NCBI GenBank assembly: GCA_016839555.1
Contig: JAEOUA010000002.1
Coordinates: 1-64,000 of the forward strand
Reading direction: 5' to 3'
From: Promethearchaeota archaeon
GTDB lineage: Archaea; Asgardarchaeota; Lokiarchaeia; Sigyniarchaeales; SOKP01
DNA: 64,000 nucleotides
Below are positions 1-9,811 of the stretch, piece after piece. Below the pieces are notes generated by a model. The model saw nothing but the letters and a program-made list of their open reading frames with translations, made no database searches and was not told the DNA's origin. Made by a program: the position numbers and the translations under genes. Position 1 is the first letter of the stretch, and every line of letters starts with the position of its first letter.

Positions 1-204
1 GATGAGAGAGGTATTGATTATGATATTTATGCGCAAAAGATCGATTCGAATGGAAACTTCCCGTGGGGGGATGATAATGGGACTATTATCTCTAACGCTT
101 TAGGAGATCAATCTGACCCACGGATCTGTAGCGACGGCGATGGAGGCGCCATAATTTCATGGGAAGATGAGAGAGGTATTGATTCTGATATTTATGCGCA
201 AAAA
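1..204 (+). repeat. Intragenic direct repeat with 165-nt (55-aa) period
   Basis: gatgagagaggtattgattatgatatttatgcgcaaaa at 1 recurs as gatgagagaggtattgattctgatatttatgcgcaaaa at 166. Confidence 0.85.
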
Positions 205-378
205 ATAAAAGGGACTGTGCGAGGTATATTAAATCCGCTTCTTCTGCTAACAATGATGCAGCCTTCTCCGGAGCAAATTCCGAGTTATTCGCCAATTTTT
301 ATTATTTTCGCGACAGTCATAGCAACATATTCAGTAATTATCATATTTCGGAAAAGAAGAGGCTTCAATTTATCTTAA
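1..378 (+). CDS. 3' end of a repeat-containing (beta-propeller-like) surface protein with a C-terminal sorting/anchor segment (Loki-CTERM/PGF-CTERM-like); partial
   Basis: Frame 1 is open from base 1 to TAA at 376-378: DERGIDYDIYAQKIDSNG...GGAIISWEDERGIDSDIYAQKI...EQIPSYSPIFIIFATVIATYSVIIIFRKRRGFNLS. IPxY motif, then a TM helix, then a basic tail. Not in the ORF track. Confidence 0.8.
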   Translation, partial: DERGIDYDIYAQKIDSNGNFPWGDDNGTIISNALGDQSDPRICSDGDGGAIISWEDERGIDSDIYAQKIKGTVRGILNPLLLLTMMQPSPEQIPSYSPIFIIFATVIATYSVIIIFRKRRGFNLS

Positions 379-421
379 ACGATACTAATAAAAATAAGAT
401 AACTTCAAATTTCAGTTCGAA

Positions 422-435
422 TTTTTTTTTTTTTT
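422..435 (+). terminator. Probable archaeal oligo(T) terminator
   Basis: T14 run about 45 nt after the stop of the surface-protein gene. Confidence 0.45.
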
Positions 436-551
436 CTAACTTTTTCTTAGTTAAAACATAACTTAAAAATGGTAAAACAAGCATAAACAAGCATTACTAT
501 TTATTATGGAGAGTTATTTAAATTCATAGAAGAAAAAGAAGAGATTGAAGT

Positions 552-1142
552 TTAAACTTCGAAATCCCTTACCTTTAAGGTTATCCTCCAAGGATCTTTT
601 ATATGCATTCTCTCTTTTGCGTTAATTACTTGAATTTCCAACCATTTTTCTAAGTAATTTCTTAAAAAATTTATCGTATCTTCACTTATCCAAGCCCTAT
701 TTAACATTTCTCTTATTATATGCCAAATTCTTGAGTAATTAAAGAATAATTCTTCTTTAGGCTTGACTAAATCAACATTCTTAATCAAATCATCTGATCT
801 TTTTACTTCCTTAAGCATATTTAAAGTAACTTTTTTCAAACCTTTTTCTTTTAAAATAGCATCCAAATTATAACATATTATTTTCATTTTATCAATTAGA
901 ATTTCATTACAATAATCAATCACTTCTCTTGAAGTTCTTTCAGAGTGTTGACCAACAATTCTTCTTATTTCACTAAAAACAAAATCCCTTATAGTATTAT
1001 ATTTATCTTCTGCTCCCTTTGGGAGAACCTTCTCACTGGGCTCAGATTTCTTCTTTTCTTCAAAACTTTCTTGATTTATTATACGTTTTTCAAGCTCCTT
1101 ACTAACTATTTTAGCTCTTTCATCAAAAAAAACATCGTATTT
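552..1142 (-). pseudogene. 5'-truncated or frameshifted hypothetical helical protein
   Basis: The 552-923 ORF stays open upstream (DERAKIVSKELEKRIINQESF...REVIDYCNE) to a TGA near 1143-1145 with no start codon. An A8 run at 1125-1132 is a possible frameshift site. Confidence 0.4.
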
Positions 1143-1169
1143 TCAAGGTTAGGGTTTATACTTTTAAAT

Positions 1170-1496
1170 TCTTTCATATTTGTAAATGGATGTGGTAAAG
1201 GAAATAAAGAAAAGAAAGGATGTCCAGATGAAGTAAATGAGATTTTATCTCAAGAGATCCTCAAAAGAGAATCTGAGAAATTTGAACCCGAACGGTATAA
1301 ATATAAAGGTGGGGCGGGATTTATAAATAATGAAAAAATGGCTCATTACCTTGTCAAGAAAATCATTCAAGGATTAGAAGTATTATCATTTGGATTCTGG
1401 GATGGTAAATCAAAAGGAACGAAAGATATGATTTCAAAATTAAATGAAAAAAAAAATTCCTTTAATTCTGTTCAAAATATAAATAAATTTTTTTAA
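1170..1496 (+). pseudogene. SLOG-family (DUF2493/YspA-like) fragment lacking its N-terminus
   Basis: FIFVNGCGKG...KYKGGAGFINNEKMAHY...GFWDGKSKGTKDMI resembles the family pattern IVSGGAxG...YGKxAGxIRNxxMA...AFWDGKSKGTKxMI. The upstream part of ORF 945-1496 is antisense shadow. Confidence 0.6.
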
Positions 1497-1559
1497 TAAA
1501 TCCAAATCAAGATAGTTACATATGAAATATATAAATAATCAAGAATCTTCTTAATTATC

Positions 1560-1931
1560 ATGAAAAAGATTCTTTTTTGGCTTCCACGAATATTAAGTAT
1601 TTGTCTATTATTCCTTAATTTTATTTTAGCATTTGATGTTTATTTAGAAGATTGGACATTAGGAGAAAAAAACATTGGTTTTATAATCCATTTGATTCCT
1701 TTTTTTATTATTTTAACATCACTTATAATCGCATGGAAGAGAGAGCTAAGTGGAAGTTTAATCTTCATAGCATTAGGAATGATAATGTTAATTTATATAC
1801 TTCTCTTTCGCATAGAAATGTGGCTATCTTTATTTATTATTTCTTTACCTTTAATTATTATAGGACTCTTATTTCTCCTTAATTATTTTCTTTTTACCAG
1901 AAAAAAAGAAAAAATCACTTTTAAAGAATAA
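1560..1931 (+). CDS. Small four-TM membrane protein
   Basis: 123 aa, four hydrophobic segments, WLPRIL start and HLIP..IAWKRE motif. Confidence 0.75.
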   Translation: MKKILFWLPRILSICLLFLNFILAFDVYLEDWTLGEKNIGFIIHLIPFFIILTSLIIAWKRELSGSLIFIALGMIMLIYILLFRIEMWLSLFIISLPLIIIGLLFLLNYFLFTRKKEKITFKE

Positions 1932-1977
1932 TGAATTTTTAGTAATTTTAAGAGAAACCTGATTAAATTAGAGCAAT

Positions 1978-3282
1978 TCATTCTCTTTTTTGCTCCAATG
2001 CATCTCTGAGCATTTTAATTGCACATAATTCCCCGCACATAGAGCAGCCTTCATCATCGTCCGTTTCTCCACTTCTAGAATGGATTTCTCTTGCTAATTC
2101 TGGATCTATGGAATAATCAATCATTTTTTTCCAGTTTAAATTTTTACGAGCAATATCCATTTTATAATCAATCTTTGATGCTCGTTTTCCATATCTGGCA
2201 ATATTAACCGTGTGGGCAGCAATTTTAGAAGCTATCACACCTCTTTTTACCTCCTCTTTATTCGGAAGTCCCAAATGTTCTGATGGAGTCACATAACAGA
2301 GATAATCAGCTCCAGCTAATCCCGCTAAGGTACCTCCTATTGCGCTTACAATATGATCATATCCTGGTGCAATGTCCGTCGTTAAGGGCCCTAAGACATA
2401 AAATGGAGCGCCATCGCATAAAGATTTTTGAATTTTAATATTATGTTCAATTTCATGAGCGGGGATATGTCCAGGTCCCTCTACCATTACCTGAATATTT
2501 GCATTCCACGCTCTTTTTACTAATTTTGAAATTTCCATTAATTCTCTTATTTGAGCATAATCAGTGGAATCAGCTATTCCTCCCGGTCTCATCCCATCTC
2601 CCAAAGATAAAGTAAAATCGTATTCTTGAGCCATTTCCAATAAATAATCATATTTTTCATTGAAAGGATTTTCTTGTTCATTATGTAATATCCATGCTGC
2701 TAAAAAGGTGCCTCCTCTTGAGACTACACCCATCGTCCGTGGGTGATCTATTAAATAATTAACGATTTCTTTCGTCACTCCGACATGAATAGTAAAGAAA
2801 TCAACCCCTTCTTTTGCCTGTTCCTCGATGACATTGAATAGATCATCTTCATCTAAATGAATAATCGCACCTTTATGTTCTATAGCTCGTAATGCTGATT
2901 GATAAATAGGCACTATTCCCAGGGGGATCTTAATTTCTTCCAAAATACGTTTTCTGATATTTTTAACATCCGATTCTTTTATCCCGCTGCTTAAATCCAT
3001 GATTGTATCTGCGCCAAATTTTTCAGCTATTTTTGCTTTTTCTACTTCGTTTTCCAGATCACACACTGTCTTGGAAGAACCAACATTAGCATTAATTTTT
3101 ACTAATAAACCCTCGCCGATTCCCAATGGTTTCGTATTTCTTCTATTCGATTTTGGAATAATAATTCTTCCTTTCGCAATGCCTTTCCTTATGAATTCCG
3201 AATCGAGATTTTCATTTTCTGCGACAATCTCCATTTCTTTGGTTATTTTTCCGTCTCTAGCAAGTTTCATTAACGTTGTCAA
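1978..3282 (-). CDS. thiC: Phosphomethylpyrimidine synthase ThiC (radical SAM-like)
   Basis: KINANVGSS, GADTIMDLS, VSRGG, LSLGDGMRPG, EGPGH, APFYVLGPL, PGYDHI, YVTPSEHLGLP and C-terminal CSMCGELC. Confidence 0.93.
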   Translation of the reverse strand: MTTLMKLARDGKITKEMEIVAENENLDSEFIRKGIAKGRIIIPKSNRRNTKPLGIGEGLLVKINANVGSSKTVCDLENEVEKAKIAEKFGADTIMDLSSGIKESDVKNIRKRILEEIKIPLGIVPIYQSALRAIEHKGAIIHLDEDDLFNVIEEQAKEGVDFFTIHVGVTKEIVNYLIDHPRTMGVVSRGGTFLAAWILHNEQENPFNEKYDYLLEMAQEYDFTLSLGDGMRPGGIADSTDYAQIRELMEISKLVKRAWNANIQVMVEGPGHIPAHEIEHNIKIQKSLCDGAPFYVLGPLTTDIAPGYDHIVSAIGGTLAGLAGADYLCYVTPSEHLGLPNKEEVKRGVIASKIAAHTVNIARYGKRASKIDYKMDIARKNLNWKKMIDYSIDPELAREIHSRSGETDDDEGCSMCGELCAIKMLRDALEQKRE

Positions 3283-3462
3283 ACAAATAAACCCTCAAAC
3301 ATTATTATTTTTACTATTATTCTATAATTTATTTAAATAACTTAAAAATTATATTTATTTTCCTTAAAATTAATAATAAAAAAAAACCAAAATAAAAAAA
3401 GGCAGCTCTTTTTTCAATCTAAATCAAAAATTTCATGATAGTTCAATATAAAAATATAAGAT

Positions 3463-3930
3463 TTAATCAAACCCTATTTTCAATCTTTTTAAAAGCTCTA
3501 TTAATGAATCAGTTAAAATATAATTCTTTAATTCCTCAAATGGAACAAATTTAGCATCTAAGGCATCATCATCGGGAACTGGTGCTTGATCGGGAGGACC
3601 TTCAATTTGTTCTACAAAATAATTGATCAGTACATAATGATATTCAATCTCACCCTTCTCATCTCTCATAATCTTGTCAATAATCCCCGCTAATTTTGTT
3701 ACTCTTGTTTTAAATCCCGTTTCCTCCTCTGCTTCTCGGACTGCTGCCTCTTTTACTTTCTCTCCTAAATCCAAATGCCCACCAGGGATACTCCAATATC
3801 CCGCATCTGGATTGTATTTTCGTTTTACTAAAAGTAGTTTATTATTTCTCACTAACATAACTCCTACTCCTATATGAGGTCGTATCGGATATTTCCTTGT
3901 ATCAAAAGCCGTTAAATCATCTCGATTCAT
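3463..3930 (-). CDS. NUDIX hydrolase (ADP-ribose pyrophosphatase-like)
   Basis: Intact Nudix box GGHLDLGEKVKEAAVREAEEETG; DDALDAKF. Confidence 0.9.
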   Translation of the reverse strand: MNRDDLTAFDTRKYPIRPHIGVGVMLVRNNKLLLVKRKYNPDAGYWSIPGGHLDLGEKVKEAAVREAEEETGFKTRVTKLAGIIDKIMRDEKGEIEYHYVLINYFVEQIEGPPDQAPVPDDDALDAKFVPFEELKNYILTDSLIELLKRLKIGFD

Positions 3931-3989
3931 TTTGTTCTCATCTTTTATAATTAATTTACTAAATTAATTTTTTAGTAACACAATAATGA

Positions 3990-4478
3990 TCACCATCTCG
4001 CTCGCTGTCCTAGTTTTATATCTAATACCGGAGTGCCATTAATAGCATCAAAATTTTTTACATATAAAGTTGTATCTTCTATCTTAATTAATTCAACATT
4101 AGAAACTCCAATCCGGGATAAGCGATCTGGGGTTCTTGAGGCAAAAATACCGACTTTTTTATGATCAAGACCACGATGAAAATTCGATCTTATTGCTCGT
4201 TGCTTATGAAAATAATATACCACTAATATCCATTTTTCCTCCTCTAATTTATAAAGAAAAGGACGTTGGGAACTGAATAAATGAATTTTAGTGGGTTCTC
4301 TACTATAACTTTTTACTCCAAATCCTACTCCACGCTCCAAGGTGTTTTCTACAAACCCAATGGGATAAATTTTGTAGGGCTTATAATCATTATATAAGCA
4401 GCTATGGCAAATAAATTCTCCATCAATCTTCTCTATTTGAGATGGCTCTTTCTCATTGTTACATTTTGAGCAGATCAT
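3990..4478 (-). CDS. TsaA/TrmO-family SAM-binding tRNA methyltransferase-like protein with N-terminal zinc ribbon
   Basis: YPIGFVEN, GIFASRTPDR..RIG, DAINGTPVLDIK; N-terminal CSKC...CHSC. Confidence 0.8.
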   Translation of the reverse strand: MICSKCNNEKEPSQIEKIDGEFICHSCLYNDYKPYKIYPIGFVENTLERGVGFGVKSYSREPTKIHLFSSQRPFLYKLEEEKWILVVYYFHKQRAIRSNFHRGLDHKKVGIFASRTPDRLSRIGVSNVELIKIEDTTLYVKNFDAINGTPVLDIKLGQRARW

Positions 4479-4550
4479 AATTCAAGTAAAAGAATCTCTC
4501 AACTAAATTGAATTTTTTGATTATTCTAAATCTCATTAAAAAAGAGAAAA

Positions 4551-5330
4551 TCAAGAATATCTCTCCTTTTTTTCATTTTTTCTAGAAAGTAAAGAATCTA
4601 ATTTCATGAAAATTTCTGTAGCTTTACCTTGGAGAAAAATATCGGTAATTGAAGAAGTATATTTTGAGGGGTTAGTATTGATCTCGATAAATTTAGCTCC
4701 CTTCTGATATGCAATGAACGGAATCTGCGATGCAGGCATTATCTCTCCCGTGGTTCCAACTAAAATGAATAATTCTGCTCTCGCAGCATTTCTAATCGAA
4801 TTTTCAAAAATTTTTGAGGGGATTGGTTCAGTAAAGAATACAAAATCGGGTTTTAATAATCCATTGCATTTTGGACATCGAGGAGGGAGGTTTTCTAAAA
4901 ATTCAGAACTAGAATATTGATTAGTACATTTTATACATGAAAGAGTTTGAGATGTTCCATGAAATTCAATAACATTTTTACTGCCGGCTTCTTGATGTAG
5001 ATTATCTATATTTTGAGTAATTATTGATTGAATTATGTTTTGGCTCTCCCATTTTGCTATTATTTTATGAGCCATATTGGGTTTCGCTGCCCCAAAAAAA
5101 TCATAAAAAATTTCTTTAATAAGTATCCAAGACTCTTTTGGATGTGATTTAAAATAATTGGTATCTAAAAAAATAGGATTATATTTTGTCCATAATCCAT
5201 TTTCACCACGAAAAGGTGGAATTCCGCTTTCTGTAGAGACCCCTGCCCCTGTAAACACGACGCTATAGTTTGATGAAATTAACCAATCTATAGCAGTTTG
5301 AAAATCATTTTTTTTTATTTTAAGACCCAT
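4551..5330 (-). CDS. cobB: Sir2-family NAD-dependent protein deacylase
   Basis: TGAGVSTESGIPPFRG, TQNIDNLHQEAG, EFHG, Zn cysteines CIKC/CPKC, KPDFVFF. Confidence 0.9.
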   Translation of the reverse strand: MGLKIKKNDFQTAIDWLISSNYSVVFTGAGVSTESGIPPFRGENGLWTKYNPIFLDTNYFKSHPKESWILIKEIFYDFFGAAKPNMAHKIIAKWESQNIIQSIITQNIDNLHQEAGSKNVIEFHGTSQTLSCIKCTNQYSSSEFLENLPPRCPKCNGLLKPDFVFFTEPIPSKIFENSIRNAARAELFILVGTTGEIMPASQIPFIAYQKGAKFIEINTNPSKYTSSITDIFLQGKATEIFMKLDSLLSRKNEKKERYS

Positions 5331-5479
5331 ACTCTCACAAGAAGAAAAAAGATTTAAAAGATTTTTAAAATTTGGATATTTCTGAATTATGTTCTAAAAA
5401 AATTATATTAGAAAAAAATTTAAAACACTTGAATTTTAAAGAAATTATAACTAATAAATCAAAAAAAATTGAGGTAAAA

Positions 5480-6778
5480 ATGACAAATCCACAAAAAATT
5501 GTTCTGATTGGGGCCGGCTCGCTGCAGTTTGGGCTTGGGGCTGCTGGGAGCATATTGCATAGTTCTATTTTGAAAGGATCCACAATATGTCTTCATGATA
5601 TTAATGAACAACATCTCCATTTAGTTAGTCAAGCTTGTAAATCCGCGATAGACAAACAAAAACTTGATTTCACATTAGAATCCACCACAAATAGAAAAGA
5701 GGCATTAAAAGATGCTACATTTATTATAAATTCTATTGAAGTTGGACCAAGATTTGATCTCTGGGATCAAGATTTATATATTCCCCATTGGTTTGGAAAC
5801 AAACAGTTATTTGGTGAAAATGGAGGTCCTGGAGGTCTATTTCACTCATTACGCATAATTCCTCCGATTCTTGAAATTTGTGAGGATATTATGACTATTT
5901 GTCCAAATGCATTTTTAATTAATTTTTCAAATCCCATGAGTCGTATTTGCCTTGCAATAAAGCGAAAATTTCCTAAATTAAAATTTGTTGGGCTCTGTCA
6001 TGAATTAGGCCATTTTAAGATTCACTATGCTAGAATTCTCGATACTAAACTATCCAATTTGGAGATTTTAGCAGGAGGATTAAATCATTTTGGTGTGGTA
6101 TTAGATATAAAATATAAAGATACAGGACAGGATGCGTATCCTGAAATACGAAAGAAAGGTCCAAGTTATTTAGAAGAAATCAAGATTATAGATGTAAGTC
6201 TTACTAAATATATTTTGGAGAAGTTTGGATACATTCCTTATACAACTGATTCTCATTTTGGGGAATATATTCAATGGGCGTGGGAAGTTGCTGATATCTC
6301 GGGTGTAAAAGAATTTCGGGATACCTATATGGAGATGATACATTATGAGGAGAATAAAATTAAAAGGAGAATTAAAAAAGGAAAAGGGGCAAGACTTCTA
6401 AAACCAGACCAAGAGAGAGCCATTCCTATAATTGAGGGTATTATATCAGATTCAAATTATACTGAAATCTCTGTTAATATTCCAAATAATGGTATTATAA
6501 CGAATCTTCCGGAAGATTTAGTTGTAGAATGCCCTGCTAGGGTAAATAAAGATGGTCTTACCGGAATTAAATTAGGTGAATACCCGAAAGGTTTAGCAGC
6601 ATTATTACGGAATCAAGCGTCTGTGCAAGACTTAACTGTAGAAGCGGTATTATCTGAATCAAAAGATATAGCTCTTCAAGCTCTTTTAGTAGATCCGGTG
6701 GTTCAGAATGCTACTCAAGCAGAAAAAATTTTAAATGAAATGTTAAAGCAACAATCTGAACATCTTCATTTAAAATAA
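5480..6778 (+). CDS. Glycoside hydrolase family 4 (NAD+-dependent alpha-galactosidase/glucosidase)
   Basis: IGAGS, GENGGPGG, NFSNPM, GLCH, GLNHF, VVECP. Start moved to the ATG at 5480 because GAGGT RBS lies at 5471. Confidence 0.92.
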   Translation: MTNPQKIVLIGAGSLQFGLGAAGSILHSSILKGSTICLHDINEQHLHLVSQACKSAIDKQKLDFTLESTTNRKEALKDATFIINSIEVGPRFDLWDQDLYIPHWFGNKQLFGENGGPGGLFHSLRIIPPILEICEDIMTICPNAFLINFSNPMSRICLAIKRKFPKLKFVGLCHELGHFKIHYARILDTKLSNLEILAGGLNHFGVVLDIKYKDTGQDAYPEIRKKGPSYLEEIKIIDVSLTKYILEKFGYIPYTTDSHFGEYIQWAWEVADISGVKEFRDTYMEMIHYEENKIKRRIKKGKGARLLKPDQERAIPIIEGIISDSNYTEISVNIPNNGIITNLPEDLVVECPARVNKDGLTGIKLGEYPKGLAALLRNQASVQDLTVEAVLSESKDIALQALLVDPVVQNATQAEKILNEMLKQQSEHLHLK

Positions 6779-6810
6779 ATTCTTTCTTTTTTCAAAAATT
6801 ATTAATAAAA

Positions 6811-7920
6811 TTATTTATAAGTTTTTATAAAGTAGATACCCCTATTATTAAGCTCTTTTTCAAATTTAATTAAATCTAATTCGCTACATCCTTCTGGTGG
6901 AAAAATTCCTGGAGCATTTATTTCTCCATTTAAAAGCATCTGAGCTGCTATTGACGCCGGAGTTCCGGATAACTTAGCAACTTGACCTATTACTGTATAT
7001 AATAAATGATATTCCTTTTGATCTTTTATTCCAATGATTTCACTCCTGAATGCAGACATTATTTCCCTATCCTCTACTTTACCAGTCAAAAGCGGGAGGA
7101 TCTTTAAAAAAAACGTACTGATTAATTTAATTAATTTTATATTTTTTATCCAAACCAGCTTATCAATTATTTTAGTGAGCATTACATCTGATTCAGGGAG
7201 TATCCCTCCCTTGCAAACAGCCTCCTTAGTATTAATATATCGCGGTAATGTAACAGGCTCAGGATGACCAACAAAAAACACGGGGACGCTTCCACAAGGA
7301 TCTGGAAAATTAATTACTTCTCTTTGAGTAAGAGCTTTTAATTTAGACCAGCTTCCATTTATGAATACAGGCACTTTTCCCATGGCAATATGAGTCCAAT
7401 GCATTAACTGACCTAAACCAATTGTCTCACCAGTATCTTCATACCATAAAATTCGTAGTTTATCTATATGATCAAATTTTTCAGAACCAATTTTAGTCAT
7501 AATATTAGTTAAACCAGGAGAAGCACCAAAATTAATCAAGAAGGTTAGATTTTCGCGTTCTATAATCTTTTTTAGATTTAATAACTCATTTGTAACATCA
7601 TGGTCATCACATATATCCACATAATTTATTCCTGCTTGGATAGCAGCTCTTGGTACATAAGATCCAAATTCAAAATAGGGCCCAATATTATTTATAACAA
7701 CCTTAAAATCCTTTAATTTTTCAACTAATTTATCAAAATCCCGAATATCTAATTTGCTAAAATCAGCCCTTGATCCTAATTTTTTTGATAATCTTTTTCC
7801 TTCTAATTCTCTAATATCTGCAATTGTAATATTTACTCCCTGTTGAACTAAATCTTTGGCAATATATCGTCCTATTTCCCCACAACCACCTAAGATGATA
7901 ATACTCAAAATTATCACCAA
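6811..7920 (-). CDS. Saccharopine dehydrogenase-family oxidoreductase
   Basis: GGCGEIG Rossmann motif, NNIGPY, YVDICDD, GASPGLTN, HPEPVTLP, PGIFPPE. Confidence 0.88.
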   Translation of the reverse strand: MVIILSIIILGGCGEIGRYIAKDLVQQGVNITIADIRELEGKRLSKKLGSRADFSKLDIRDFDKLVEKLKDFKVVINNIGPYFEFGSYVPRAAIQAGINYVDICDDHDVTNELLNLKKIIERENLTFLINFGASPGLTNIMTKIGSEKFDHIDKLRILWYEDTGETIGLGQLMHWTHIAMGKVPVFINGSWSKLKALTQREVINFPDPCGSVPVFFVGHPEPVTLPRYINTKEAVCKGGILPESDVMLTKIIDKLVWIKNIKLIKLISTFFLKILPLLTGKVEDREIMSAFRSEIIGIKDQKEYHLLYTVIGQVAKLSGTPASIAAQMLLNGEINAPGIFPPEGCSELDLIKFEKELNNRGIYFIKTYK

Positions 7921-8277
7921 AATTGTAAATAGAGTTGGAATATATTTTTTCTAAATAAATATTAAATTTTGAAAAATAAAAGGATAAAAAACAAGGTACA
8001 TAATCAGTTAAACCATCTTTTACTATTTAATTGAATATTAACTAGATCTCTTTTGAAGCATATTCTATCCTTTCCATAATTTGAATAGCATCAAAATAAG
8101 TTTGGTTGGATTTTTTATTGAAGCTACTTAATTGAAAAGAATTTTAATTATCAAATTTACTTTATAATAAAAGAAAAATAAAAACAGCCCACATAAGGTA
8201 AATTAATCATACTTTTAGATTAGAAGGATTAAAAAAAAGAAATTAATAAATTAATAAAAAAAAATAAAAAAATTAGA

Positions 8278-9618
8278 TTATTTGGTTAAAAATCGATTTA
8301 GAATATAATGTACACCGATTCCAATTCCCCAGCCTAAGATCGCAATCGGACTCCATGGGAAACCGCCAGCGATTAGATTTAATACGACCATATCAACGCA
8401 TGTGGGTATATATACATGAAGATGCATTCTAAGAGTCCATTTAAGAACTCTTTTGACCCTAATCATTAAAATCCAGTAGATTGAATAATGAGCACTAAGA
8501 CCTATTAACCATCCTAACGCAGCATAAATTAATATTACTAGATCCAATGACAATACAATCAAAGCAATAGCAATTAAAATTAGACCAACTATGTACATTA
8601 CAATATGTCCTAAAAATGTCCATTTCCAGGCTACAAACAATTTTATTTTTGATTGGAGTTCTTCTTGGGATAATTCTTCAGATTTTTCTTTAAGAACCGT
8701 CTCTGCGTCTTTTTGTAAATCTCCATACTTCATTGCTATGAAAATATGGAAGGCTAAAAATATTCCCCAGATAAGCAAAGTTACAAATGGAGAGACCGTA
8801 TCAATAGGCGGAAGGAGCAATCCCCTAATAATATTAAAGGGATTAAACCCAACGTATAATGCAGCGTGAATAATAACTCCTTTTTTTACGGGGGCAATTT
8901 CTTTCTTATAGAAATAAAGAAAATATCCAAAGATGTGAATAACTAACGCGATACCCCAGAGTATCGAATTAAAAATACCGTTCTCAAGGTCTATTGGAAA
9001 GAAAAGCGTGTAGATTAAAATTTGTGCCACGATGAAATAGGTAATGTGTGCAGCTAATATCAAAAGATTTGCTACTTTACCGGCAGCTAATTTCTTAGCT
9101 CTTTTTTCAGTGATTTCCGTTTCTTCTCTCATTATTCTAGCTCTTTCCTTCTCAACCTTTTTATCCCAGGTAAGATATCCGATTCCATGATATGCAAGAG
9201 CAATCCCCCACATAATTAGCGGCCAATAGAAATAGATGATATTAACAGTTCCCAGTGTCATTAAATTTCCAAAAACAACGATTAAATTTACCATCACATA
9301 AACCCATGCATGAAAGACGAAAAATATCTTAAAGAGGGATTGGGTTTTTAATTTCGCTAAGAATGGAGTAACTTCATAATTGATTCCAAATATAAGCGCA
9401 TGAATACCAACACCTATTCCCCACCCAAGCATGGGAAAGATGGGCCAGAAGAATAAAATTCCTGTTACGCCTATTGCTAAGATCCAGACCATCACCAATA
9501 AAGCTATTACAGCAGCGTAAGCGAATAGATGGAGCACCAAAATAATTCTATTTGCTTTTTCTTTTTTGCTTGTAACTTCTGAAATTTTTTTTGATTTTTT
9601 TATGTTTGTTTCATTCAT
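8278..9618 (-). CDS. Polytopic membrane protein made of about six tandem 2TM domains
   Basis: Repeated HxxxY...WP...WGIG(L/V)xxH units. Confidence 0.8.
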   Translation of the reverse strand: MNETNIKKSKKISEVTSKKEKANRIILVLHLFAYAAVIALLVMVWILAIGVTGILFFWPIFPMLGWGIGVGIHALIFGINYEVTPFLAKLKTQSLFKIFFVFHAWVYVMVNLIVVFGNLMTLGTVNIIYFYWPLIMWGIALAYHGIGYLTWDKKVEKERARIMREETEITEKRAKKLAAGKVANLLILAAHITYFIVAQILIYTLFFPIDLENGIFNSILWGIALVIHIFGYFLYFYKKEIAPVKKGVIIHAALYVGFNPFNIIRGLLLPPIDTVSPFVTLLIWGIFLAFHIFIAMKYGDLQKDAETVLKEKSEELSQEELQSKIKLFVAWKWTFLGHIVMYIVGLILIAIALIVLSLDLVILIYAALGWLIGLSAHYSIYWILMIRVKRVLKWTLRMHLHVYIPTCVDMVVLNLIAGGFPWSPIAILGWGIGIGVHYILNRFLTK

Positions 9619-9811
9619 TTCGACATACCTCTTATTTTTTTAAAAAATTTTAAGGATTAATAAAAGATTAGATTATATTATTTAAGTATTTTTCATAGTC
9701 CAATTTTTTCATTTTAAGATTTTTTTAATCTTATTACTCTATTCCCTTCTTTTTATATGTAATCTATCACTTTTTAATCACAATTATACACATTAATTCC
9801 ATCAGAGATAT

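Noticed and set aside
92-295. 67-aa minus-strand ORF
   Set aside because: Antisense shadow of the plus-strand surface-protein 3' end.
945-1169. Hydrophobic N-terminal half of ORF 945-1496
   Set aside because: It is the antisense of the Lys/Glu-rich minus-strand frame and is unlikely to be a real membrane domain.
1978-3282. ThiC paralog BzaA/B/F for cobamide lower-ligand synthesis
   Set aside because: No bza or cob genes are adjacent; it cannot be separated from ThiC without a phylogeny, so the default call is kept.
3283-3462. Possible TPP riboswitch upstream of thiC
   Set aside because: The region is almost all A/T and shows no recognisable TPP aptamer core or pairing stems.
8042-8110. Possible further gene remnant (SNQTYFDAIQIMERIEYASKEI*, minus strand)
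   Set aside because: Too short to assign to a family by eye.
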